Part shown: positions 47,881-61,300 of the stretch, one piece after another
Layout: every line of letters begins with the position of its first letter
Numbering within the stretch: the stretch's first letter is position 1
NCBI GenBank assembly: GCA_010093995.1
Contig: ML992509.1
Coordinates: 103,588 to 167,587, forward strand
Direction of reading: 5' to 3'
Length of the DNA: 64,000 nucleotides
Source: Elsinoe ampelina
Taxonomy: Eukaryota
The notes under the pieces: generated by a model
The model's input: the letters and a program-made list of their open reading frames with translations, nothing else
Database searches by the model: none
What the model was told of the DNA's origin: nothing
Program-made: the position numbers and the translations under genes

Positions 47881-48733
47881 ATGCCACTTCTCACCCCACC
47901 ACGTCTCCTCCCCAGCATCACCCGCCAACTCCTCCGTCCTGCACACATACCCAGATCCCCAGTCAAACTCCACACCAGACCCCTCACCACAACCCCCAAA
48001 ATGGCCGCCTCCCTCTCCTTCATCGACGCCGTCGTCCACCGCCGCACCATCTACCAACTCACCAAGACCTCCCCGGTCCCCGACTCCCGCATCCTCGAAC
48101 TCGTCGGGCTAGCAGCCAAACACCTCCCCTCGTCCTTCGACAGCCAGACATCCCGCCTCGTCGTCCTCCTCGGCGCCGAACACGACAAGTTCTGGGACTT
48201 TGTCTGGGACGCCATCAAGCCGCACGTCGCGGGGACCGACAAGGAGGCCGGGTCCAAGGGCCGCATAGACGGCTTCAGAGGCGCAAAGGGGAGCGTACGT
48301 TCACCCCTCCTTCCGTCCCCCTTACCCCATGCCTTCTCCTCCCCTCCTCCTCTCCACTCCCGCCCTGAGTACCTCACTGATGATGTATCAATAGATCCTC
48401 TTCTTCGAATCCGACTCGGCCGTCCAAGCCATCGCCTCCCAATGGAAGTCCTACGCCGACAAATTCCCCCAGTGGTCCGAGCACACGTCCGCCATGCACC
48501 AGTACGTGCTCTGGACCGCGCTCGAAGCCGAAGGTCTCGGCGCCAACCTGCAGCACTACAACCCCATCGTCGACGACAGGGTCAAGACCGAGTGGAAGCT
48601 CGACGGCGACTGGCAGCTCAAGGCGCAGTTGGTCTTTGGCGGTTTGCCCGAGGGTAAGAAGAGGGAGGATCTGCTCATGCCGAAGAATGTGGAGGGTAGG
48701 GATGAGAAGTGGGTCAAGGTGTTTGGGGCTTAG
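47881..48733 (+). CDS. Frm2/Hbn1-type nitroreductase family protein (exons 47881 or 48001 to 48294, 48395-48733)
   Basis: RRTIYQL, PSSFDSQTSR.VVLLG.EH.KFWD, GS|ILFFE, F.QWSEHTSAMHQY.LWTALEAEGLGANLQHYNP, W.LKAQLVFG. Confidence 0.92.
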
Positions 48734-48878
48734 AGAGCAACGTGGACACGGGGGATTTTGCTGGGAGACCGACAGAGAGAAAAGGCAAGGAAGAAATAGA
48801 CGTTTAGCATGCAGCCTATAAATGATTCGAATTACACCTTCCGTCTTCCACCCTCTCTGTCTGTCGGCGAACAACTCC

Positions 48879-51800
48879 TCAGATGAACATGGGGCTGCTT
48901 CCAACCCCTGGACTTTTCGAAGGACTCCTCCTCCCCTTACCCCTCAAGAACTCCCCAGCCATCTTCTGCCCAGGACTCTCGCTCTGCTCCCTCAAGCTAC
49001 CAGACGGCTTCTCCCCAAATCCCGACTTGACCTCTCTCCTCTCCCTCAAAGACCTCAGACTCACCACCGGCCTCACCGACCTGGTTCCCCAGGCCTTCTC
49101 CCTCGTCTCGCTGTTGACGTTTTCCTTGCCGGTCCCCGCCACTTCGCGTCCCTCGAAGATTCTCTCTGGCTCCACAGTCGACAAAGCCAACACGCTCGTC
49201 TCTCCATACGCCCCTTCTGGTGAGAAAGCATACGGTCCCTCACTGATCCTTTGCAGGGTCATGTCCTCGAAGACCTCGACCTTGTTCCTCTCCTTCCCGT
49301 CCGGAGTCGGCACCATACGGCGGCGTATGTTGATGCTCGTCTCTCGCATACTCTCTTTGCTGGGTTTGAATCGAGCGCGCAAATCAAAGGAAGACTTGGC
49401 TTTATTCGTGCTTAGGGACGTTTGGGTTCTGTTTGGCGTTGAATGGATGATGGTGGTTTGAGCAGTGGACGTGGATGGATTTCGTGAATGTTGTGGCTGC
49501 GACTGTGCCGGAGTCATCGCTGACCGTGAAGGTGGAACAGGAGCCGGACGAGCGGCAATCGGAAAGAGACTCAAGCCCGAGGTGGACGGAGAGATGGCAC
49601 GAGGTGGAGGTGGTGCAGCAAACGGAGGCGGCGGGGGTGGCACTGGGTCGACCAAATCCTCGTCAGGGATTGCAGGAATAGATGTAGCGTTCTTGCCTGG
49701 TTTGGCGGTACCCGATGAGATCCGGGTCGATGAGGAGATACGGCGTATAGCTCCCATGCTGACCTGACTCATTTTTGTCGTGAGTGCTTTCAGTCCCCTC
49801 TCCCCGGACGGACGGCGAGTGCTCGAAGCACCATCCTCGGCAATGAGACCTACAGACGACTTGCGCTTTCCCATCTTCTGCCTTGTCTCGGTAGACTGTA
49901 AACGAGATGCAGGAGATGAATGGTCCTGGCGAGTGCCGTCGCTTTCCGCATAATGTGGGCTGGGAAAGGTCGAATGAGATGTACCAGTGGAGGACATCCG
50001 CCCGTGCGGATGAGCTTCGTCCAGGTCAAGATCCCTCAGCGTAAAGGCCTTTGTCATGGTACCATCTTCGAATTCGGTCATCTGGTTGGTAGCCCAAGCT
50101 CTCCACTCGTTCGATGGGCGGGAGGCTGTCGGAGCATGTCCCACCTTTGGCTGATCATCGAGGCGAAACTTCTTGACTTCTCTTCCTATGACAGTGACCA
50201 TCGTCCCGTCAGGTACTTCGGGGCTGTTGGATCGAATGGAACGCGGCATATCTCCCCGCGAATAAATGCTGGGCGAGCCAAGCACGAATTGCTCAGATCT
50301 TGACTCGGCAGCAGCTGCAATATTGCTCAGAGGTCCGTGACGAACTGCAATGGGCATTCCCTCATGCTGTGGGGATGTTGGCACAGAGCCAAGTCGATAT
50401 GGGTTATCCTCCTCGATATGTCTCAGAGCCCTTGAGAGACGGGGAGACTCTTCATCAAGTGCATCACGCCATCGGTTCTCGGCCTTTTGTAGTCGCTTGG
50501 TGCGTTGATCATGCTCTGCTTCTGGTGACCGTCGACCAAGTGGGTCTGACAAACGCTTGGAGCGCCCTTCCTGAGATTTTCTCTCAATACTTGGTGCACT
50601 TGATCCGTGTGGCTGGACGTCGTCATGCTCTCCAGAGCCCCCAGTACGCATCGCCACCGGTGTGTTCTCCGAGGCCGAGTCTGGACTAACAGCTCTGATA
50701 GTCGGCTTGCTTGACGTGGTACCACTATTTCTCTTACAAAGAGAAGCAGAATGCTTCGTGATAGTCTCGCAGGCCATTGATGGCGCAGGTCTAGGCGTCT
50801 GTTCAGTCGTACCAGTAGAATGGCGCTGGTCGGGTGGCTGCGTGGATGTGATTTGCATCCGCAAAGCGTCGTACAGGCGCTGGCTTTCTTCCGAGTTGGT
50901 CTGGCGCTTCCGACGAAGATGCAAGCTCGGACGTTCATCTCGATCTGGCATCTCGCCCTGGCTACTGCGATCATGACTTTGAGAGGGGAGCTCACGGATC
51001 GAGGATAAGCGCTTAGATCCCATGGCTGATGATGACAGGGTGCCGGCGATTGTAGAGTTGGTCCAGCTGGTCACTCGAGAATCCGGAGCTGTATTGTCGA
51101 TACTGCCTCTGATAGAACCAAAGTCGACATCTTGTGACCTACGAATAGACAAGGACGGCCTTTGGGACCCCGCGACGGAATCAGCAGCATCATCACCGAG
51201 AGTGTTGACATGGAAGTGAAACTGCTTAGCGGAAACTTGTTGAGCAGGGAGAATTCGTTCATCGGGCTTCTCCCTACTGAACAGCCTTCTGATCCTGCGC
51301 TTGAAAGAACCCGATGGCTTGCGGTCGTTTCTGCCACTGACCTGTTCGGAGAGCACAGGATCTGCCACGGGGTGGGAAAGAGTAAAGTCCTCTTGGTATG
51401 CAAAGTTGAAGGGTGGGATCGACGTGTCGTAACGAACGGGAGCTACCTGAGTAGTAGAAGTGCGATTGGTTCTGCTGCGAAACGGGTTGATGAAGGAACC
51501 GTGTGATCTCAGCCGCCGATGTTTCGACACATCTTCGATTGATTTTCTTCCGTCATGAACCAAGGGTGATCGAGCGCCAGTCTGGGCGTCGCTACGCTGC
51601 TCGAGTAGAGCTTGCGCGGTCGAAATCATGTCGTCGTTCCCCTCTGCCTAGGAAGGATGGTTGACGACGTTTTCATGTTGGCGACCGCCAGATCCTTGAC
51701 GAAGAGCTTCTGCAGCAGATTTGGTCTTTCTCAATAGACGTGATGTGGTGCTCATGGTTTCACGTTTCGTCGGTGTAGTCCTCGCTGCGGCCACTGCTGG

Positions 51801-52187
51801 TGCCACCGGTGCAGCTGCTGTGGCTGGATGGCCATGAAGCTGTCGGGGAGGCAGATCTGAGTGGGCTCTCGCCCGCATCTGTGATTCTTTGCGTCCCATG
51901 ATGGTTGGACTATCAACACCTGAGCGTCCTTTGTTGCGATATTCCTCAAAGTGGCTGCCTTGAGATCTCCGAGCCTGCAGTCTCCGAGAGCGACCTCCCG
52001 CTTCAAGATTCGAGCTTGGAGGGATCGACGCGTCGTATGCGCGACGATAGGCCTCGAGTGCTGCTATGTGAGCGTGGTCACTATCGGCTTGGTGAGCCTG
52101 GTGCTGGCTCGTCTTCGAACGGACGCTCGTGACTGATTTTGCTCTTCGTAGACGAATAGCAGCATCACTGTTGGCACGCTGTAACAT
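48879..52187 (-). CDS. Large low-complexity S/R-rich hypothetical protein; one reading frame interrupted by a single in-frame TAG at 51650-51648
   Basis: ORFs 52301-51648 and 51629-48879 share a frame and are separated only by TAG plus six sense codons; motif-like islands LRRAKS, SRVTSWTNST, GSPSIYSR, SNEWRAW and GQKMAGEFL. Confidence 0.7.
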
Positions 52188-52793
52188 GAGTGATCTGGGA
52201 TCGGTGTAAAATGACAAGAATCTTGTGTAAGGCTTGATGTGACTATATGATGCTTTTGTAAGGCATGCAAATTGGAATGCGAATGATGTCTTGAACAGCA
52301 CGAGATCCGACAGGGTCGGGTGCGTGACTCACAAGTTAGAGCAGGTGCGACCAGAAAGCCAAAGACGCTGGCATGGTTTGATACATTGAGATGAAGCGAC
52401 ATAGGAATTGGAAGAGAATATTTTGCAGTACGGTGTGATTTTAGACAAGGTTGGGAGACATGGGACTGGGTGAAGCCAGTAGAAAGAGAGCGCCAGCAGA
52501 TCTGGACGTGACGACGAGTAATCGAACAGCAGCTATTCACGGCTCAATTTTCGGGCCATGTGTGTCAATTAAGGATTGATGTACATTGATAGATAGGGTC
52601 TAACTGTAACGCACAACTGACGTGCGATGGAGAGTCCAGTCGTAATGTGTGACTGTGTACAAAAGAGATTGATGCATCCACCAAATCATGCATGGCTGGG
52701 TACAGCGAAGCCATTTAAATTCCTAGCAATCATCCAAAACCACGTTTGATAACCACTGATCATCATCCCAGCATCTCTTACTCATGAAATTGT

Positions 52794-54454
52794 CTAGATG
52801 GCGATGCTGTGGGAGCCACGGATCCTGGAGAAGACCTCGTCGACAACCTCACCAACGACCTCCTTGATGGTGTCCTTGTCCATGCTGAGCTTTGGCATCT
52901 CCTCAATGGCGTTCTCGACGTCCTTGAGGGATGGGAGCTTAATGTGCTTGGATGGGGTTGAGGTGGAGCGGGCGTTGTAGCCTCCCTTGTCAACAATTTC
53001 AGTGAAGTTGGAGCTACCGCCACCGTTCCAGGCGAGGAGCTAGATAGTTATTAGCGATGAACGTGCACGGGAATGTTTGCAGTAACTTACGTTGGCAGTG
53101 TCGCTGGGGACGTCAGTGAGAGCACCCTTGGTGGAGATGGCGAGCAGGTTGGCCTTCAACTCCTTGGGGGAGATCTCGGCGACCGCGTAGGCGGAATCCT
53201 TGCTGGGCTGGAGAGACAGGAGGTAGGCGAGGAGACCAGCAATGTGGGGAGAGGCCATGGAGGTACCGGAGATGGTGTTGATGGCGTACTTGCTGCCAAT
53301 CCAGGTGGACTCAATGTTGAGACCTGGGGCGAAGATGTCGTTGCACTTGCCGTAGTTGGAGAAGAAAGCGCGCTCATCAGCAAGGTTCGAAGCACCGACA
53401 GTTACGGCCTTCTCAGCAGCAGCAGGGGAGTACCTGCAGGAGTCGGCGTTGTCGTTACCGGCAGCGACAGCGAAGTGAATGCCAGCATCCACAGCAGCGT
53501 TGACGGCCTTGTCGAGGAGAGTAGACTTGCCACCGCCGAGAGACATGTTGGCGGCGGAACCCTTGAAGTTCTTCTTCTGGGCCTTGATACTCTTGGTGTG
53601 GGACTCGGCGGCGAACTCAACACCCTTGACGACATCGGACATGGATCCGGAGCCGTTGGAGCGGAGGACCTTGACGGCGATAACATTGGCCTTCTTGGCC
53701 ACACCGTACTTCTTACCAGCTACAGTGCCGGAGCAGTGAGTACCGTGTCCATTTCCATCCACATCCTGATCATTCTGGGGGATGGTCTTTCCCCATGAGG
53801 CACGGCCCTCGAAGTCGACGTGGTCGACGTTGGTGCCGGTGTCAATGACATAGACATCGACCCCCTCACCACCGTCAGCGGCGTGGAGGTATTTGTTGAA
53901 GGTGCCAAAGGTCAGACCGTCCCGGTGGGAGATACGGGCAAGACCCCAAGGAGCGTTCTTCTCGAGCTCGGGAGTGTCCTTGGAGGAGGTGGTGTGGACT
54001 TCCTGGTCCTTCTCGATGAAGTCGACCTTGTTGCATGTCAGCTTCCATGCACATAGTAAGCTTGATCGAGCCGGCTACTCACATCAGGGTGCCTCCTGAT
54101 CTCTGCGAGGACATCCTCGTCAAAGTGGCCGGCATAACCGAGAAGGTTGCCGCCGATGTTGTAGGTGTGCCTCAAACCCTCGAAAACAGTGTCAACGAAA
54201 GGGACTTGGGATCGCTTTCCAATCGACCTCTTCTTCTTCTGGACTGTGGTGTGGAGGTCCTGGACCCATCCGTGATGCTCAGCAGCCAGGCTGTGCGTCA
54301 CATGCTTCTTGAAGACGACAATGTACGAGTCTGGAATGGCCTTTGCATTTTCAGAGGAAACGAGAGGGGCGATCTTGTCGTCAAAGACTCCAGTCTTGAC
54401 AGGAGATGCAGCTGCAAGCAGCGGGAGAGCCAACAGGCTCAGAGCTCCCTTCAT
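52794..54454 (-). CDS. PRB1: Vacuolar subtilisin-like serine protease (Prb1/Alp2/Spm1 type; exons 54454-54083, 54026-53091, 53039-52794)
   Basis: Signal peptide MKGALSLLALPLLAAASP; I9 prodomain (IPDSYIVVFK); APWGLARISHR; catalytic motifs DVYVIDTG, GNGHGTHCSGT and ISGTSMASPH. Confidence 0.95.
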
Positions 54455-55359
54455 CTCGAGTGCTGCCTAGTCGAACAAGAAGAAGAAGGAAGAGGGATAT
54501 ACAAGGGACAAGAAGGGCGGATGAGGAGAGAAGGAGCTTGCGAGAGGAAGACGATGCGAGGTATATGACTGAACGTTGGGGACCGTTCAGGTGAGTGATG
54601 TGGAAGAGGGATGTCTCGTGATGGGTTGATGTGGGAACGTCGAGATAAGAGCGGCGGAGGGGAGATGATGTGCCTGGAGGAGCTCCCCCAAAGAGCGGGC
54701 GTGTGACCGACTGGGGCTGGTTCTGACGACACCGGCCGAGCCAATAAAATGGACCGAGCTTTGCCTTTCCCAGAAACACTGCCGGCGGCTCGTTGCCAGG
54801 AACCACATCGAATGTGGCTTGCCGTTGCTAACCCGGTCACGTGTGATGGAATGCTTGTCCGGGTAATTCTCTACTACTGTAGATCAGCGGCCTATATTTT
54901 ATGTGAAGCTGTAGACGTGAACGTGCTCCATCCGTCTTATCTGTTGCGTCGAGTGCTGGTCATGACGCTTTCCGAGACGACTGGGGGTTGCCGCATCCGG
55001 TTTAGGTGATTCTGGAGACGAAGCTCTGTGAGTGGTGGGCTGTGTCGACTTGCGTTTTGGCCCACAAGGCTACCTGATTCGGTGATGACCTGACCCGGAC
55101 TTGATCTGAACACTCGTGCATCCAGAGGATCAAGTCGCGTGCTCCTGCTCAGCAACACCGCATGCAATCCGCAAACGACATCTTCAAGCCTTTTGAGGTC
55201 ATGCGATCGTCTCTCACGTCCACGTCAGAGTACCCTTGTCAATATCAACGGTAGTCTCTCTGCCTTGGTGGCCTACCTGGGCATGATTCGCTGCCCAGGG
55301 CCCACGCATTGAGACTACTATCACATCAGCTGGGCAGAGAATAATTCACTAGCTGGCAA

Positions 55360-58300
55360 ATGGCCAATTTGCCGCGACCTCGGAGGCACAGGTCGTCTAC
55401 CAATAAGTCAAATGCTCCGCCTATAGATGGTCCAGCAGAACTCCTCGAGGCAAGTATCAAAATCCTAGAGGAGACTGATGCCCCTCGTGAAAAGTCACGA
55501 GCTGCTCTTAATCAGCTTAATCGACTCTTGGATAATGCACTGGAACTCGAAGCCCTGCAGGATCATTTCCGAAGGCTCCATGGCTTCCAAGCTTGCTTCT
55601 CCTTGGTGAAACGGCACGTTGCGGAGCTGGTTGACGGAGTCGACACTGGTCTGGTGAAGACGGTGCTGCAGGATATTCAGCATTTCCTAAACCTGATCCT
55701 GCTGGCTTTCAGGGACCATGTTGGTAATCGGAGATACTTCGATCGTCGAGTCGACAATGGAGGCTGGCCTTCTCTTCGATCAATCCTCCAGTCCTTTGTT
55801 GCATTCTCTCGGGTCCACTGCTCGCCGCGAGATAAAGGAGATATCACCGCAGCCCTGGTCGGACCAGTGTTCGCCTTGTTACTGACCGACGGGAGCTTGA
55901 AAGATCTGATCGAACTCAACGACCATTCTGACCGAGCAGCTGAAGCGGTCTTGGATGTCTCATCAGTCCTGCGAAAAGTACCGGTGACTGCTACGATTGT
56001 GGTTCCCGAAGCTGCACTACTTCTTCTCGAGTTCCTTGTCCCCACCTCAGACGACTATATCCCGGAAGAAAGAGAGAAGCTCGACAGTATTCTGGTACTT
56101 GAGCTCATCTCACATCTGTTACAAATCTCTCGTCACAATCGACAAGTGCTGGCAGAAACTGGACTGGCAGGAGAGCTCCTAGTGAGAACTCCTGCGCATG
56201 ATTTATCAGTGCGAGAAACCAGCGTGGTCAAGACCATCCTTACCGATATGTTGAGCTGCAACATAGGCACCCTGCCCGCATTGGAGTCGCTCTTTGACAA
56301 AGCAACCACAGACCAAACTTCTCGACAGATCCTAGAGCAAGCCCTAGCTAGGTCAAGGGAGCCGGCACACATTCAATTCGATCTTTCACATGTTGGACAC
56401 AGCTCGCTCGAGTTCCCTGCAATTCCCCGGCTCTTCCCGCCACCTACTGGGTACAGCATCGAGCTGTGGGCTCGTTTTGAGAAGTTTGACGACGCTGCAC
56501 ATACCACGCTTTTTGGTGCCATCGATACCACTCAGACATGCTTTGTCCTTGCTTACCTCGAGCGCAAGACTCGGTACCTGATCCTTCAGACCTCTGTCAC
56601 ATCAGCGACCCCCAGCGTCAGATTCAAGAGAGTTTCTTTCCAAGCTGACATATGGTACCATATCTGTCTTGTGCATCGCCCACCCAAAACATCCTCCTTC
56701 GGGGAAGTCCTATTATTCGTCAATGGTCGATATGTAGAGCGGAAGGAGAAGGCGTTGTATCCCCAGGTGGCCCCAGCACATGACCACGGCAGCAATGCTG
56801 CACCTTTCCCGCCCCAATCAGAGCACGCCCGTCACCCCGTACAGGCTTTTTTCGGGACGCCTCAGGCTTTAGCGGCGGACACAGAAGACACTGCTGTGCA
56901 ATCCGAGTGGTCTTTGGCCACTGCTCATCTTTATGATTGCTGCTTGAACCGCGATATTGTTGCCGTCCATCACTCACTCGGACCTGGATATTCAGGCAAC
57001 TACCAGGACAGAGTAGGCCAGTTACTCACGTATGATGCATCGGCCACCTTAAATCGTTACAACGAAGAGGTCTACGGAGACAAGGCCGAGAAGTCAAGTA
57101 TCGTGACCACTATTCAGAAACGGGGCATGGACGCGCTCCACGAAGGCTCAAACTTGCTGAGCGTGTTCAGTGCGGCATCGGTCAATCTCGATGGCATTCT
57201 CGCCCAAGCCATACCGCTAGCGTCCGTACTTCCCGAGCAAGCCGCAAGACAGTTGCAACAGATCACCAGAAGTGGCAATACCGTGCTTTTCAATACCGGC
57301 AGGCCAATGATCGCAGACGCTTTGACCAGGAGCTCGGGGTATGGTATACTTACAGGACGAGCTTCGATTGCTATACCTCAGTCCCTTGACGATACTTCAT
57401 GGCGTCTCGCTGGTTTTATCGGTGTTCACATCAGACTTTTCGAGTCGGCAATGACCCCACAAGACCTACTTTCTGCCGTCAATATCCTCTTGGCCAGCAT
57501 CAAATACAACTTCCGAGCAAGTGAAGCTATGGAGCGAGAGCATGGATACAGCCTGTTCGCCTTGCTATTGCGAGAAAAGCTTGGTCTTGTTGGGCAGGTC
57601 ATGGCCGGATCGAGACAGATCAAGAGCATTACATTCAGCAGCCAAGAGGAACGAAGCAAGCTGATGTCAGACCTGTTGTTGCTGGTCTTCCCATTTGTCG
57701 GTATCAGTATAGAAGACCCGTCACAAAGCCTTCTGACCAATCCGATGGCGTATCGCAGCTTTTTGACAGACTTTGATACATGGAGAGTTGGTTGTGTCGA
57801 GAGCCAACAGCTTTTCTATCAGCAGTTCACCTGGCTCCTGGAAGGTAACCGCAATCTCGATTTTAATTCCAAGCGACTCGCAAAGATGCGGATTGTCCGC
57901 AAGTTTCTGGACTGCCTGCGGTCTGACCGGATACACCATGATAACCTCAAGCATGCTCTGGACGCGCTGCGAGCACTGTACGATCATCCTGCAAGCAAAC
58001 TTGATCATCGGGATCTGGCCACTTTCGTCGGATATTGCCTACAAGAAGGAAAAACCTCGAGTCAGCCGCACTCGGTACGCAGGCCAACCATCCGTATGGA
58101 CCTTCCGAATGGTCGCTCGGGCTCACCACCGATATTAGACTATGGCCGGCTCGCCAGGCTGCCAGACGAGATAACTTCGGAAAAAGCTGTGACCAAAGGT
58201 AAACTAGGGACCAGCGTCCTGGCGACGTACTCCGATCTGCTCTGCAGTTCCGACAGCAGTGCCGGTCTTAGACGTTTCTACCGTCACGTTCCGGTCAGTT

Positions 58301-61300
58301 GGTTGTTGCACTTACTTGGTGAACCCGATACCGACAACGTCGCATCCTCACTCGAGATCATCTGTCGCAGTATTGCCGTCATAGGACCTGAATTCTTGAC
58401 GAAGCTCTCATCCAAGAATGGTGGCATGGCTGTCATCAAGGAGCGATTGAAGCCTCATTGGCGCAACCCATCCATCTGGGCCAATTGCTTGAGCGCCTTT
58501 TTCGGCATAGATGTCCCTCCAACGATGAAACAGCAGAAGATCACTTCGGCTCATTTGCAGGCTTGTTTCCCTGCCACAGGCGTCAAGATGTTGTACTCTG
58601 AGGTTGCTATCTGTATTTTTGGATTGTTGGAGTCTTCTATCGCTGCGACGGATTTCAGCACTGTGGATGAAGAGACAGCAGAAGCTCAGACTCTCGTCAC
58701 TTCGGTCATAGAACACTTCATCCATCTAGTCAGGGCGAGTCCTACCTTCAGAGATTTCGCCGAATCACCACAGTACCTGACGGAACTTCTTCGTCTACTG
58801 TATCCGCTGGTTGCAAGCACCGAGCTTTTGCGGCCCTCTGCTGAGCTCGGTGGCTTCGTCATGCCAACGCGAGAGAAGCCGAGAGACGCCGTGCTGAGGC
58901 CCCATGCGAATTCGTTAAGCGGACGACCGACGATCATCAGATCTGGTTCAAGCGTTACTCTCCCCGAGCGGCCAAATGCACAAAGGATCCGTACACCACG
59001 CCGCCCATCCTCCTTCGTCCTCGTTGATGCCGGTGATAGTTCCGAAGTTCACCTGTCAGCTCACTTCAACCCCGTGATGGCACCCATTTCCGATGTGCCC
59101 GTGGACACACCAAGTACTAGTGATGTCACAGAAAAGCTCGTGGCCGCCATCGAACAGATTCTCATCGGACAAGCATGTTCAAGAAAAGACTTTGCTGGGT
59201 TTGGATTGTTTCTCAAAGTGCCACCCGGAGATCAGCTGCATCAAGCATACTTCGAATCTTACATACTTCTCCGTACCATGTCGTCCCTCTGGGACTGCCT
59301 ATCCAAAGACGAAGAATTGCTTCGCTCGCCTCGAACCTTGACAAATCTAGCTCGGTATTCGCTGCATATGGCTGAGGCAGTCTTTGAGGGATGGTTCATC
59401 GATGGAGCTCAACCTCTGGTCGACTTCACAGGGAAGGTCTTGGACTATGTTCAGCAGCCTCATGTGGCATCGATGAAGGACGTCAGGCTCTGCAGTCAAG
59501 CTGTATCCACCGTGCGGACTGTATTCCTCCGGATCGTCCTCCTACGTCTCTCGGAACTTGACGAAACACAGTCTGATTCGGATACCTTGAAGTTTCTGAC
59601 GCAACTCGCGTACTGGCAGACAATTCTGTTCGCTCCCGAAAACCAAGAGACTCCATTCATCAGGTTGATCTGCTACGTTCTGTACACCAAGCTGGTATCC
59701 ACATCCCCGGCCGTCCGTATGGCTACTGCGGGCTTGTTCCGGATGCTTCTGGTCCAGAAGCCTACAGATGCTGCCACCATCCTGATCCACAGTGCGGATG
59801 TTGACCAGAAGCACCTCTCCACCGGTTTCATGAAACTCGCTGCTGCTGATGATGAAGAAATGTTACGTTGGGTCGACGAACGTCGCTCAGCACTGGATAA
59901 ATTCTTCTTGAATTCTCTTTCTAAGTTCTGGGAAGAATTCGTCGATGGGGAGAATCAAAAGACAGAAGACTCGGCAAAGAATCGTCTTTCGAAGCGCCGA
60001 GAGAAGCTGAAGCAATGGGACGCTGAGGAGACCAGCGACGAGGAGATGATTCAGCAAGCTGATCGAGCGACTGGCCACTGGAGGATCAACAGCCATGCTC
60101 AAGACCGTATGAAGCTGCATCGCACAACACAAGACCAACATGAAAGCATTAGCCACCTTTATGCTACGATCGCTCGTCAGCACGAATTGCTCCGCCAACC
60201 TTCTGGCTTGGCACCAGACACCAGACCACCAAAGTGGCAGCTTGACCAGACCGAAGCAAGAGACCGCATGCGGACGAGGCTTGTTCGAGATACTGATCGT
60301 GAGACGCACACGTATCAGCCTAAAAGGAAAGCTTCAGGACGGGCTTCACCAGCGCATCCTACCAGCATGCAGAGATCCGCCTCCGGACAATCCATCAGCG
60401 GCACACATAAGACGCCAGTCCGGTCAGCCTCGATCAAGCACGGCGGAGGAAAGATGCTGGATGGCGAAGGCGGCATGTCAGCCGAGCCCAACAACGACTC
60501 CTCTACTTCACTCCTCGAAGGCGACTTCGAATTGGTCGACGACCCACGGGATGACGACGAAGTGTCCGAGGATAAGAACCGCAAAATTATGCGAAGCGTC
60601 GAGAGGGGTGACTCCATCAAGAGTGTCTACAATGTGTCTCGCATCGTCGGCCTCGAAGCTTGTGAAGGTCTGCTCATTGTTGGCCGCAAATACCTTTACA
60701 TGAGAGACAACATGTTCCAGAGGTCCGATGGAGAGATTGTGAGCATGAACAACGCACCTTGGGAGGAACGAGATCGCTATGTCCAGATGATCTCGGGTAA
60801 GGAGGTCTTGGCTTCTAGAATGCCATCGGCAAGCAACAAAGGGGACATCGGTCGAAGCTGGCCGTGGAAGGATGTTTTGAGCATGTCCAAGCGACGGTTC
60901 TTGTTCCGGGACGTGGCGGTCGAAGTCTTCTTCAACGACGGCAGGAGCTATCTCCTAATCTTCTTGAACCCTGCGGTACGCAACGCCGTGTACAACGACA
61001 TCTCGAACCAAGCGCCTCATATTATTGGACCATCTTCGACCATCTCGGAAGAAGACCAATGGCGGATTGATTGTTTGAGAAGTCCTGAAGATATCCCCCA
61101 GACGATTGGTAACAAGTTCGCCAACGTTTTCAACAGCACTTCTACCAATTCAGCGACAAGAAAATGGGTTCGGGGAGAGATTTCCAACTTCCACTATCTG
61201 ATGCTGGTCAACACCATGGCTGGCAGAACATTCAACGATTTGACACAGTATCCAGTATTTCCTTGGGTGCTTTCCGACTACACCAGCGAAGATCTAAATC

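Noticed and set aside
27519..48733. Possible lipid or secondary-metabolite cluster (4CL-like, ACC1, nitroreductase)
   Set aside because: No PKS, NRPS or FAS backbone gene; interleaved with housekeeping nudE; ACC1 looks like the primary-metabolism copy.
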